Positions 24,529-36,809 of a stretch of 64,000 bases of DNA are shown here, piece by piece. The DNA is from Malacoraja senta. Taxonomy: Eukaryota. Every line of letters begins with the position of its first letter. Within the stretch, counting starts at the first letter, position 1. Below the pieces are notes generated by a model, which was not told where the DNA came from, searched no databases, and worked only from the letters and a program-made list of their open reading frames with translations. A program made the position numbers and the translations under genes. The stretch covers positions 6,388,001 through 6,452,000 of the forward strand of contig CM075998.1 in NCBI GenBank assembly GCA_038087875.1, read 5' to 3'.

Positions 24529-24556
24529 CTGAAGAAGGGTCTCGACCCGAAACGTC
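24529..24556 (+). ncRNA. Putative minimal hammerhead ribozyme core in a Penelope-derived repeat
   Basis: CTGAAGA-A-GGGT(CTCG)ACCC-GAAA-CG-TC fits CUGANGA / stem II / GAAA / UH. Stem I is very short; activity untested. Confidence 0.55.
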
Positions 24557-25824
24557 ACCCATTCCTTCCCTCCAGAGATGCTGCCTGTCCCGCTGAGTTA
24601 CTCCAGCTTTTTGTGTCTATCTTATGTTTACATGTCTGTTGTGTTGCTGCAAGGAAGAATCGAATTGTTCCGTTTCGGGACATATGACAATAAAACACCT
24701 TTGACTTTTGACAGTAGGGAAATCGAGGACCAGAGGACATAGGTTCAAGGTGAGAGGGGAAAGATTTAATAGGAACCTGAAGGGCAACTTTTTCCACACA
24801 AACGGTGGTGGGTGTATGGAACAAGCTGCCCAGGTGGTAGTTGAAGCAGGTACTATAACAATATTTAAAATATATTTGGACAGGCACATGGATAGGACAG
24901 GTTTAGAGGGATATGGGCCAAACGCAGGCAGGTGGGACTAGTGTAGATGGGGCATCTTGTTCGGCGTGGGTAAGGTGGGCCGAAGGGCCTGTTTCCAATC
25001 TGTGTGACTCTATATCTCTCAGGGTCAGCTCTCCATGTTGTGGATGGCTGCACCTATCTCCCCCAAAGCCTTTTGATCAACAATCTGATGGTTTCCGAGC
25101 CTCCACCAGAAAGAACCACATCTGCAGGATTTTTAGTTTAGTTTAGTTGCGTTTCTGTTTAGTTTATTGTCACGTGTACCGAGGTACGGTGAAAATCTTT
25201 TGTTGCGTGCTAACCAGTCAGCGGAAAGGCAATACATGATTACAATCGAGCCGTCCACAGTGTACAGATACAGGATTAGAAATGTTGCTGTAGGAGTAGA
25301 GATTTAAAGGAGTGGACCAAGTGTAATGTGTCGTTGTAGATCACCGCCATGAGGGGGGGGGGAGAACAAAGGACAATGGGGACCCGGCGTGGGGGAACCG
25401 CTGTGGGGGGGCGGGGTGGAACAAAGGAGGAGCTGGCGCGGGATACTTTGCCACTTTGTCCGTGCCCTTTATGTGGCCACTATTTGTATACCTTGGGACT
25501 GCAAGCAAAGAATTTCACTGTGACTTGTCACATGTAACAATCAACTATTCCATATTCCATTCCATTCCAGTGACTAGCACACAAAGAGACGCCTGGGTTG
25601 GGCGCCATCTTTGAACGGATCTGGGGTGGGGAGGGACGGTGGCGAGGTACAGTGTTCACTGGGATCTGGCAGCCCAGTCCCACCACACTCCCAGTGAGAG
25701 AGCGGGCCTCCAGCCCGACGGGGTTGGTGAGCAGCCTTTCCCCTCACTGCCTGTGGTCTGTTGCCGCGAGGCCCCTCACTCACTGCACAAGCAAACAGCT
25801 TCCCCTGGCTGCAGCTCCCTGTAC

Positions 25825-25961
25825 CTGTTCCTGTGTCCTGACTCCTGGGACTTTGTCACTTGTTTATACTGTGAATAGGACTCAATGGATTCTTCTGCGG
25901 CTTTGTCTAGCAGCTCGCTCAGGTGACCTTTGAACTGATCCAACAATTCTACCTTCATATC
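25825..25961 (-). CDS. SOAT2: SOAT2 coding exon 3, 137 nt
   Basis: gacctag|GAT...AAC AG|gtacag; DMKVELLDQFKGHLSELLDKAAEESIESY..., compare human SOAT2 [28 protein letters not shown]. Confidence 0.88.
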
Positions 25962-26024
25962 CTAGGTCAGAGACAAAAGAAAATGTTCTAATCAAGAATA
26001 TGAGATTAAATGGCATGGCAGCCT

Positions 26025-26190
26025 GACACAGGTAATATTGTCATAGGTAACCTGGTCACAGGTAATGATGTCACAGGTAATGTTGTCACGGGTAACCTGG
26101 TCACAGGTAATGTTGTCCGAGGTAACCTGGTCACAGGTAATAATGTCACAGATAATATTGTCACAGGTAACTGGGCACAGGTAATATTGT
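26025..26190. repeat. Minisatellite, 15-bp unit CACAGGTAA(TGTT/CCTG)GT; resumes at 28168-28240
   Basis: Tandem array interrupted by the Penelope insertion. Confidence 0.9.
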
Positions 26191-26236
26191 GCAGGAAAGA
26201 ATTGCAGTTGCTGGTTTAAATCAAAGATACACAGTA

Positions 26237-26885
26237 TCGGAGACAGCAAGACTGGTGGGAGAACTGGGAAGGGGGAGGGGATGGAGAGAGAGGGAAAGCA
26301 AGGGCTAATTGAAGTTAGAGAAGTCAATGTTCACACCGCTGGGGTGTAAGCTGCCCAAGCGAAATATGAGGTGCTGTTCCTCCAACTTGCGCTGGGCCTA
26401 ACTCTGACAATGGAGGAGGCCCAGGACAGAAAGGTCAGATTGGGAATGGGGAGTTAAAGTGCTGAGCAACCGGGAGATCAGGTAGGTTAAGACAGAACTG
26501 AGCGGAGGTGTTCAGCGAAACGATCGCCGAGCCTGCGCTTGGTCTCACCGATGTAGAGTAGTTGACACCTGGAACAGCGGATACAGTAGATGAGGTTGGA
26601 GGAGGTGCAAGTGACCCTCTGCCTCACCTGGAAAGACTGTTGGGGTCTCTGGATGGAGTCGAGGGGGGGAGGGGGGGGGATAAAGGGACAGGTGTTGCAT
26701 CTTCAGCGGTTGCAGGAGAAAATATCTGGAGAAGGGTGGTTTGGGTGGGAAGGAACGAGTTGACCAGGGAGTTGCGGAGGGAACGGTCTCTACGGATGCA
26801 GATAGGGGTGGAGATGGGAATATGTGGCCAGTAGTGGGATCCCGGTGAAGGTGGTGAAAGTGTTTGCAGGATTATATGCTGTATA
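26237..26885 (-). mobile_element. Penelope-like element, inverted partial copy (GIY-YIG region)
   Basis: Reverse complement is homologous to about 27440-28033. Confidence 0.85.
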
Positions 26886-26929
26886 ATCAGCGGTAGAGTC
26901 AGTGAGTTCTGCATGGGTGCAGGAGGCAG

Positions 26930-28167
26930 CAATCTACCTCTGCTACATTGACGACTGCATCCGTGCTACCTCCTGCACCCATGCAGAACTCACTGACTTC
27001 ATCAACTTCACCACTAATTTCCATTCTGCACTCAAATTCACTTGGACCATCTCCGACATCTCCCTACGTTTCTGGATCTCACCATCTCCATCACAGGAGA
27101 CAGACTATTGACCGACATCTACTACAAACCTACCGACTCCCATAGCTATCTAGACTACACTTCTTCCCACCCTGCTTCCTGTAAAGACTCTATCCCCTAC
27201 TCCCAATTCCTCCGTCTACGCCGCATCTGCGCCCAGGATGAGGTGTTCCATACTTGATCATCGGAGATGTCCTCATTCTTTAGGGAACGGGGGGTTCCCC
27301 TCTTCCATGATAGATGAGGGTCTTATTAGGGTCTCCTCGATATCCCGCAGCTCCGCTCTTGCTCCCCCCTCCCCCCATTCGCAACAAGGACAGAGTCCCC
27401 CTTGTCCTCACCTTCCACCCCATCAGCCGTCAGATAGAGCACATAATCCTCCGCCATTTTCGCCACCTCCAACGGGATCCCACTACTGGCCACATCTTCC
27501 CATCTCCACCCCTTTCTGCTTTCCGCAGAGACCATTCCCTCCGCAACTCCCTGGTCAATCGTCCCTTCCCACCCAAACCACCCCTTCCCCAGGTACTTTC
27601 CCCTGCAACCGCAGGAGATGCAACACCTGTCCCTTTCAGGTGTGGCAGAGGTTCACCTGCACCTCCTCCAACCACATCTACTGTACCCGCTGTTCCAGGT
27701 GTCAACTTCTCTACATCGGCGAGACCAAGCGCAGGCTCGGTGAACGTTTCGCTGAACACCTCCGCTCAGTCCGTCTTAACCTACCTGTTCTCACGGTTGC
27801 TCAGCACTTCAACTCCCCCTCCCATTCCCAATCTGACCTTTCTGTCCTGGGCCTCCTCCATTGTCAGAGTGAGGCCCAGCACAAATTGGAGGAGCAGCAC
27901 CTCATATTTCACTTGGGCAGCTTACACCCCAGTGGTATGAACATTGACTTCTCTAACTTCAAATAGCCCTTGCTTTCCCTCTCTCTCCATCCCCTCCCCT
28001 TCCCAGTTCTCCCACGAGTCTTACTGTCTCCGACTACATTCTATCTCTGTCCCGCCCACTCCCCTGACATCAGTCTGAAGAAGGGTCTCGACCCGAAACG
28101 TCACCCATTCCTTCTCTCCTGAGATGTTGCCTGTCCCGCTGAGTTACTCCAGCATTTTGTGTCTACC
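26930..28167 (+). mobile_element. Penelope-like retroelement, 5'-truncated and frameshifted (RT C-terminal part, GIY-YIG endonuclease, 3' tail)
   Basis: YIDDCI; FLDLTISITGDRLLTDIYYKPTDSHSYLDYTSSHPASCKDSIPYSQFLRLRRIC; IYCTRCSRCQLLYIGETKRRLGERFAEH...LEEQHLIF...PSGMN. Confidence 0.92.
28075..28102 (+). ncRNA. Putative minimal hammerhead ribozyme core at the 3' end of the Penelope element
   Basis: CTGAAGA A GGGT CTCG ACCC GAAA CG TC about 110 nt after the ORF stop; Penelope-like elements are known to carry minimal hammerheads. Confidence 0.6.
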
Positions 28168-29409
28168 ACAGGTAACCGGGTCATATGTAATCTGGTTAGA
28201 GCTAACCTGGTTACAAGTAATATTGTCATGGGTAACCTTCCTGTCATCCCTCTAAATATTAGACAGCAGACACAAGAACTACAAATGCTGGCATCTTGAG
28301 CAAATAAAACCCACAAAGTGCTGGGGATACTCAACGGGTCAGGCTGCACCCGTGATGAAAACAGGCAGACGATGTTTCAGGTCAGGAGCCTTCTTCAGAC
28401 TGATTGTTGTAGGAGGGGGGAAACTGAGCTGGGGGCGGGACAAAGCCTTGCGAGTTACAAGTAATAGGTGGATACAGATGGTGGTGGGGGGGGGGGGGGG
28501 GTGGCAGAGATGAAACGGAGACAAAAATCTGCTTTGAATGCTATTGTTACAGCCCATCCTCAGTGCCAGGAGCAGGAGAGAGTGGTCGCCTGGGGGGCAC
28601 GAGGGCATAATAGCAATGGATCTACAAAATAAATTGTAGGCCATTCGGTCCCTTGTGCCTGCTCTGCCCTTCAATAAGAACGTGACCAATCTTCTCGCTC
28701 AATGCCGGTGACCAGGGTTTGATCCCGACTACAGGTGCTGTCTGTACAGAGTTTGTATGTTCTCCCCGTGACCGTGTGGCTTTCCTCCCACACTCCAAAG
28801 ACGTGCAGGTTTGTAGTGTTAATTGGCTTGGTATAAATGTAAATTGTCCCTAGTTGTGTAGGATGGTGTCAATGTGCGGGGATCGCTGGTCGGTGCGGAC
28901 TCGCTGGGCCGAAGGGCCTGTTACTGCACTGTATCTGTAGACTAAACTAATATGTGGGCAGACTTATTATTAGACAATATTAATAGTGCAATAGGCCAAC
29001 ATCATGTGGTCCGGAGTACATCAGCTCACTCATTCATAGCTTTATTAGCCGCCCACCCCTCTATGACCAGTGGGGTGACCAACACAACCCGTGGAGCAGA
29101 GCACTGAGATCAGACAAGCTTTGCTGCAAGGAATGATAAGTCCTTATCTGCGTTGCAAACATGACCTTGCGTTTCATGGACCGATAAGGCAATCATCATA
29201 AAGATAGATGGATTGCATGTCCTTGGCGCAGGCCTTCACCCCGCGTAAACACGTCGCAATTTAACCCTCTTCTCAACAACGCTCACCGTGATCTTTTGGA
29301 CTGGCGTGACCTTCTCGGTATTACAAACAGACAGCTGAATGATGAAACATGGCATAGGGACAAGCAAGTCCAGGTTGTTTCACAGCTTGTGATGCAGGTC
29401 AGCTGTGTG

Positions 29410-30066
29410 GTAATGTACAGTAATGTGCTATCAATGCATGGTAATGTACAGGTAATGTACAGGTAATGGATGGGGGATAGATGGGTAATGTATGGGTAAT
29501 GTACAGTAACATACACATAACGTATGATAATGTACGTGGAATGTGCAGGTAATGTACAGGTAATTTACAGTAATGTACTGGTAAAGTACAGGGAGGAACA
29601 GGTAGTGCATAGTGAGGTACAAGTAATATACAGATACTGTACAGTAATGTACAGGTAATGCGGGTGTAATGTATGGGATTGTATAGGCAATATACAGGCA
29701 AGGTGCGGGAAATGTATGGGAAATGTACAGGTAATGTACAGTAATGCACAGGTAATATGCAGTAATGCATAATGTTCAGTAATGAATGGGTGATGTACGG
29801 GTAATCTACAGATAATGTACAGGTGATGTATAGTGATTTGCAGGTCATGTACAGATAATACACAGGTAACGTGCAGTTAATGTTCAATTAGTGTACAGTT
29901 AGTGTAAAAGTAATATACAGTAACATACAGGGAATGTAGGGAATGTGCGGATTATGCATGGGTTCTGTACAGGTAATGTACAGGTAATGTACAGGTAATG
30001 TACAGGTAATGTACAGGTAATGTACAGGTAATTTACAGGTAATGTACAGGTAATGTACAGGTAATG
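29410..30066. repeat. Minisatellite, 11-bp unit CAGGTAATGTA (degenerate left, near-perfect 29966-30066)
   Basis: Tandem array seen directly. Confidence 0.93.
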
Positions 30067-30728
30067 GTCATGTGCAGTTGATGTACTGGGGCTGTCATGA
30101 ACTGTTATTAATGATTGCTTTAATTAGGCATCAATTTCATTATCATATCAATACGATTCTTCCTTTTTGTCTTGTTTCCTTCTCTCTTAGACGTCTCTTT
30201 TTCTTTCTCGTTTCTCTGTTTACCTCTCACCTGGTTTTAATTCTTTCACCATCATTCACTCGATTTGCTTCTCTGCTCTTAGATTTCAGTAACCTCCTGG
30301 TTACTGCCCAACGCAGCGCCACCGCAACATAAAGTGCTGGAGGAACTCAGCAGGGCAGGCAGCATCTGTGGAGGGCAAATAGACTCATTCCCTCCTCAAG
30401 ATCCTCCAGCACTTCATGCGTTGCGCAAAATTCCAGCATCTGCAGTCCCTTGTGCCAGCGGCATTATTCATTTGTGCATATCTCACAATTTGCGCCACAA
30501 GTTTATTGGGATGTTAACAATGAGCCGGGCAGTCGCATTGTTCAGCGCACTTTGCATTGCTTACCGCTTTAAACTTGGCAATGCTTATGCAGCAACTGAA
30601 TCTTTTCATTCACCAACTGTTGCTAGTTTACAATGATATCATGTCTCTAAATGACCGGATGTACATATTCCATTGTGAAATAATAAATGTAAGGGGGACA
30701 TGCCCTAATAACACCTTGAAAGTCCTAC

Positions 30729-30787
30729 CTTAATATGTTTCTTCCAGGCAATTGGGTGATCGAGGTCATTGCCATGATCTGCAGAAT
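30729..30787 (-). CDS. SOAT2: SOAT2 coding exon 2 (59 nt; alternative in-frame acceptor gives 50 nt, 30729-30778)
   Basis: ctttctttgaag|AT TCT GCA GAT CAT...ATT AAG|gtagga; (D)SADHGNDLDHPIAWKKHIK, compare SOAT2 ..QWTRHME; phase 1 to 0 links exons 1 and 3. Confidence 0.72.
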
Positions 30788-31899
30788 CTTCAAAGAAAGG
30801 GACATAAATATTAATACTAGGGGCATAATATTAATATGGGCAACTTCCAACCCAGTGGTATGAATATTGAGTTCTCTAAATTTAAGTAACCCTTACTTTC
30901 CCTCTCTCACCATCCCTCCCCCACCCCTCTTGTTAATTTCACCATTTGTATTGCTTTGTTATCACCTCGTCCCCAGCCAACAATGGACCATTGTGGGCTC
31001 CACCTTTCCCGAGTCGATGCAGGCTCTGCTTTGTTCTGTACCTTCCCATACCTCCAGTGTCCCCCTCCCTAACTCACAGTCTGATGAAAGGTCTCGAACC
31101 AAAACGTCACCCATTCCTTTTCTCCAGGGATGCTAGACCCGTTGAGTTACTCCAGCATGTTTGTGTCTGCCTTCAGTGTAAACCAGCATCTGCACTTCCT
31201 TCTTACACATAAACATGAATAAAATCAGGTTAATAAAGCTCCTCTCAGGCTACACCACATACGGCTTGTGTCCAAGGGCTCTGGGATCAGACTCAGTCCT
31301 GACTGACAGGGTAACAAGGCTCTTCTTCCCCAATGGTTTCAAGTGTCCTGCCATGTTTTGTAAATCATCCTCCCTTATAATCGGGAGCATACAATGGCGG
31401 CACGGTGGCGCAGTGGCAGAATTACTGCCTCACAGCACCAGAGACCCGGGTTCCATCCTAACTACGAGTTTGTACGTTCTCCCCGTGACCAACGTGGGTT
31501 TTCACCAGGTGCTCCGGTTTTCTCCCACACTCCAAAGACATACAGGTTGGCAGGTTAAATAGCTTATGTAAATTGTAAATTGCCTCTAGTGTGTAGGATA
31601 GTGCTAGTATATGGGCCAAAGGGCCTATTTCCACACTGTGTCTATAAAGTGTAAAGTAATTTACATCCTGTACCTACATCGGCCACGGTGGGATGCAGAG
31701 ATCATGATCGAGAGTGTCTACCACATACATCAGCTATCAGTTCTTATCACATGATGGTACAGGAGCCTGAGAACCATGACGTCCAGGTTCAAGAACAGCT
31801 TCTTCCCATCAACTATCAGGCTCTTGAACCACCCTGCACAACATTAACCACATGCTACCTCAGCAACAAACCACCATGGACTTTTTAATTCAGTTGCAC

Positions 31900-32180
31900 T
31901 ACGGCCTTCGACTTGCAATGAAGGAGGCTGCACAAAATGGTGGACATGACCTGGTCCATCATGGGTACTGACCTCCCCACCATCGAAGGGATCTACAGGA
32001 AAGCACTGTCTCAAGAAGGCAGCCAGCATCATTAAAGACCAACACCACCCTGGCCACGCTCTCATCCTGCTGCTACCATCGGGAAGAAGGTATAGGAGCC
32101 TGAAAACTGTGACCTCCAGGGTCATGAACAGCTTCTTCCCAGCAATCATAAAGCTCGTGAACACTGCACAACCCTGACCA
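31900..32180 (+). mobile_element. Rex1/Babar-like LINE fragment
   Basis: Encodes ...CLKKAASIIKDQHHPGHALILLLPSGRRYRSLKT...NSFFP. Confidence 0.7.
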
Positions 32181-32996
32181 CAACACAACTTCAGCAACAA
32201 TCTACCATGGACTTTGCACCAAGGTTGCATTATGTACTTTAGCTTGCACTATCATGCTCTGTTTACCTAGAATAAATGACGGTATATTTGTTGTATTGTT
32301 GCATTAATGCACTGGCCTGCAAAGGCGCAGCAAGTAGGAATCTCATTGTTCGCATATGACAATTAAATGCTCTTGACTCTATTGAAGAGCCAGTGAGTGC
32401 ATGAAAAGTCTCACCAAAAAAAGTTGGAACGGAACAACGGTGTTTTGAGGTGGAAATGGTTAAACAATGGTTCATCTGAGGTGGACTTGACATCAATCTT
32501 TGACTTCATCACCATCACAATTGAGAGCTGCAGACACTTGTTGTGTGACTGTAAAGAGGGGGGGCTTTAAACAGTTAAATTCAGCCCACTGAGTCTACGC
32601 CAACCATTGATCACCCGTTAACACTAGTTCTATCCCACCTTCTCATCCACTCCCGACACACTTGGGGCAAGATACAGTGGGCCGATTAACCTAGAAACCC
32701 ACACCTTGGTTATGTGGGAGGAAACTGGAGGAAAACCACGCGGTCACAGGGAGCATGTGCGAACTCCACACAGACAGCACCCATAGTCAGGATGGAACCC
32801 GGGTCTCTGGCGCTGTGAGGCAGCGGTTCTACCAGCTCCACCACCGTGACGCCCAGCTAGCGGAAAGGCCCTGAGGTGTTAAGAGTCTGAGTCGCTCACG
32901 GCAAAATAGCCAGCCTCTGACTTATGCCCGCGGTACCTATGGGTTCTCCATGTGTGTGATGTTGCTTTCATGGACCTGTATCTAATTAAGACCTAC

Positions 32997-33081
32997 CATT
33001 TGCTGCAGCATTTTGCATACTGTTTTCTTTGGATTGCTTCTTTCTCTCCCGGACTTTGGATTCTTCCATGCATTCTTTCAT
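32997..33081 (-). CDS. SOAT2: SOAT2 first coding exon (ATG at 33081; acceptor at 33094 implies an upstream 5' UTR exon)
   Basis: tttttcag|AATTCCAAGAAGG ATG...AAT G|gtaggt; MKECMEESKVRERKKQSKENSMQNAAAN, a basic N-terminus with a phase-1 end as in SOAT genes. Confidence 0.72.
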
Positions 33082-35254
33082 CCTTCTTGGAATTCTGAAA
33101 AAATACATCAAAGTAGATTTATTGCAAAAGAAGCAAGAATGACACGATCTGCCCATCCCACCACTGTGCAGTGTCCATGTCTGCTTGTACTGTACACATA
33201 CATGCTGTATGCTCCACTTCCTACCTTCCTCTCATGGTTTCCAGATATCCTTTTTAGTTAACTTTAGTTTAGAGATACAGCGCGGAAACAGGCCCTTCGG
33301 CCCACCCAGTCCGCGCCGACCAGCGATCCCCGCACACTAATACTACCGTACACACACCAGGTACTATTTACTATTTTACCAAGCCAATTAACCTACAAAC
33401 CTGCACGTCTTTGGAGTTTGGGAGGAAACCAGAGCACCCGGAGAAAACCCACGCAGGTCACGGGGTGAAAGTGCAAACTCCGTACAGACAGCACCCGTAG
33501 TGAGGATTGAACCTGGGTCTCTGGTGCTGCATGGCAGCAACTTTATCACTGCGCCACTGTGCCGCCCCTAAGTGAACCTCCCTGGGAGGATATTGGTCCC
33601 CCTCCAGTTCAGGTGCAACCCGTTCCATCTTGTACAGGTCCCACCTGCCCTGGAAGAGAGCCCTATAATGATTATATCTAAAGCTGGCCCTCCTGCACCA
33701 TCTCGTTAACCACTTACTAATACACTATCTTACCACCTCAGCTCATGGCACAGATAGTAATCTGGAGATCACATCCTGAGAGATCCTGTTTTTTTACCTA
33801 ACGGGTCCCGACTTTATCTACCTCATTGGAGACCCTCAGACTATCTTTAATCAGACGTTACCTTGCACAAAACATTAGTCCCTTTATCCTGTATCTACAC
33901 TTTGGATGGCTGGATTGTAATCATGACTGGACAGCACGGAACAAAACATATTTGTTGCCCTACCTCAGTACACGTGACATTAGTAAACTAAACTAACTCG
34001 TTAAATTCTTTTTGTGGGACCTCATCTCCCATCTTACCTATGTCGTTGGTACCAGTATTGACTATGACCTCTGGCTGTTCACCCTCCCCTTCTTTGCCCT
34101 CGAGGCAGCCTTGACCCCGACACCAGGGAGACAACACACCATCCTGGAATCTTGCTCACACCTACAGAAACGCTCGTCTGTACCCTGACCAGAGAGTCCC
34201 ATATCACTATCAAGGTTGAACCCTACCCTTGATAAATTGCTACTGACTTTGCCCTGAGGCAAAGCTCAGCAGCCATAAATTAATTTCGTCCAGCTTTCTG
34301 TCTCCTTTATTTTAGTTTTAGTTTTAGAGATACAGCAGAGAAACAGGCTCTTCGACCCATATCCTACACGCGGGGGACAATATACAATTTTACAAAGCCA
34401 ATTACCCTACAAACTTGTACGTTTTTGGAGTGTGGGAAACAGGAGCACCCGGAGAAAACCCACGCAGGTCACGGGGAGAACGTACAAACTCCGCACAGAC
34501 AGCACCCGTAGTCAGGATCGCACCCGGGTCTCCGGCGCCCGTGTCCTTTCACCAACTGATCCCAAGTGTTCAGACCACAACTGGGCCCAGTGCCCACAGT
34601 GGCAAAGACCAGAACTGGAGCAAGTGCTCATGGTACAAAGATCAGAGCATGAAACAGTTTGTTCCGGAGTCGAGTTCCCATCTAAATCCCATCCGTTCAA
34701 CTGAATTGAGATCAGGCAATGAAATGCTGCCACTTTTTATCCATGGCAAAGTCAGCATGCAATAAAGAGGCTAATTAGTCAGCCCTGAACTTTGTTATTA
34801 ATATGCTAGTATTGATTATTTTATATCATAGTAATATCAACCTACAGCCTTTGTGAAAGTCTATTTCAAGTATCTCCATGCTAATTAGGCAGGACTGGTT
34901 GCAAAACAATGGCCCGTAATTAAAAGCCATTCCAGGGATGCTGAGTCATATCCCAGAGAACGTTAATCAGTGCGGAAAATCAGCAAACTCGTTATAAACT
35001 ATCTGATGGGTGGTGACTGATACAAGTGGAGAAAAGGGCTGGCAGAAGCTGAGGCTCCACTTGATCAAATGCACGAGTTGGGCCGAATGGCCTGTTTCCA
35101 AGCTTTATGATTCTGAATGAGAGTTTGATCAGCAAGAGTGGATCTAGAGACAACACAGGCAATGACTCACAAGTCTGGGATCTGTCAACATGATTCTTTG
35201 TCTGGAGTTGTACTTTACATACTGCTGACATCAGCAGTGCAGGGTCCCACACTG

Positions 35255-35965
35255 ACACACGCACACACAGGGGTACAGAGTCACACGCACACACAGGGGT
35301 ACAGAGTCACACACACGCACACACAGGGGTACAGAGTCACAAACACGCACACACAGGGGTACAGAGTCACACACACGCACACACAGGGGTACAGAGTCAC
35401 ACACACGCACACACAGGGGTACAGAGTCACACACACGCACACACAGGGGTACAGAGTCACACACACGCACACACAGGGGTACAGAGTCACACACACGCAC
35501 ACACAGGGGTACAGAGTCACACACACGCACACACACACACACAGGGTGTAGAGGGTCACACACACAGTGTACACAGGGTCTCTCACACACACAAAGTATA
35601 CGGGGGGGGTCATACACACACAATGTAGAGGGTCCCACACTGACACACGCACACACAGGGGTACAGAGTCACACACACACACACACACAGTGTACACAGG
35701 GTCTCTCACACACACACACACACACACACACACAGGGTGTAGAGGGTCACACACACACATACAGGGGGCATAGTCACACACAGTGTACACAGGGTCTCTC
35801 ACACACACACACACACACAGGGTGTAGAGGGTCACACACACAGTGTACACAGGGTCTCTCTCACACACAAAGTATACGGGGGGTCATACACACACAGTGT
35901 AGAGGGCCCCACACTGACACACCACACCCTTTTGTGAGTACAGGGTCTCACACACACACGGGGTG
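35255..35965. repeat. Minisatellite, 30-bp unit ACACACGCACACACAGGGGTACAGAGTCAC (about 9 copies), then CA-rich degenerate repeats
   Basis: Tandem array seen directly. Confidence 0.95.
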
Positions 35966-36809
35966 TACAGAAGATGAAACCGAGGCAGGGTCAGTTAGTG
36001 TGGGAGCTTTTGGAGGAGCCACTTGGGGTGGTTTGAAAGCCCGAGCCCATGTTCTTGCTGCTGCTCGCTGTCCTGGGACCACTGGTGTAAAGGACATGAC
36101 CAGTAATGAGAGCAGTGTGGGGCTGCGCTGTGGTCGGAGCCAAGCTTCCCGCACTGCCACGCCTGATTAAACAGGCTGGGTGAGGTTCACCCAGGCCCTG
36201 TCCCAGCCTTCAGAGGGGAACCTGGAATTCAAACCTCCACCATCAAAATCCCACCTTGAATGATTTCCGTACAACAGAACAACTTTATAAACATATCCCT
36301 TTAAACTGTTGACCATAAATACGAAAGCTTGTCCCTGAATTGTTCCGTGACTGACTTTTGTCCGTCTGATAGCGGACGGAGTTGAATGTGACAGGCAACA
36401 GCCGGTACTCACCGCGATCCCACTCACAGCTCACCTCCAGTCCCGCTGCTCCTGAGCTTCTAGATCAACTTCGGTGAGGGTCGGCCTTTGTACCGACTCA
36501 CAAAGATATGCACAGTGTTGTAATCCTCCAAGTGGTTGTAACTGTGACCTTCCAATCAAGAAGATTGGAACAAGCTCTTTGCCCCAGTCCTTGGGGACTG
36601 TGTTTTTTAACCCTTTCCTTTCCTTCTCTCTGAAAACAAATTACTTTCTCTCTCTACATGGAACAGTGCACAGCACAGGAACAGGCCCACAATGTCCGTG
36701 CCAAACATGACCCATTCATCCCCTCTGCCTGCACCTTATCCATATCCCTCCATTCCTTGCAAATCCACATGCCTATCTAAAAGTCTCTTAAACACCACTA
36801 TCACATCTA

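Noticed and set aside
18010..33081. Calling the gene SOAT1
   Set aside because: MKSYS, HQLPPASR, PYKAL, the exon 3 sequence and the IGFBP neighbour favour SOAT2, although some residues are SOAT1-like.
35138..35868. ORFs with HTHTQGYRVT / VCDSVPLCVR repeats
   Set aside because: Translations of the 30-bp minisatellite; no splice or homology support.
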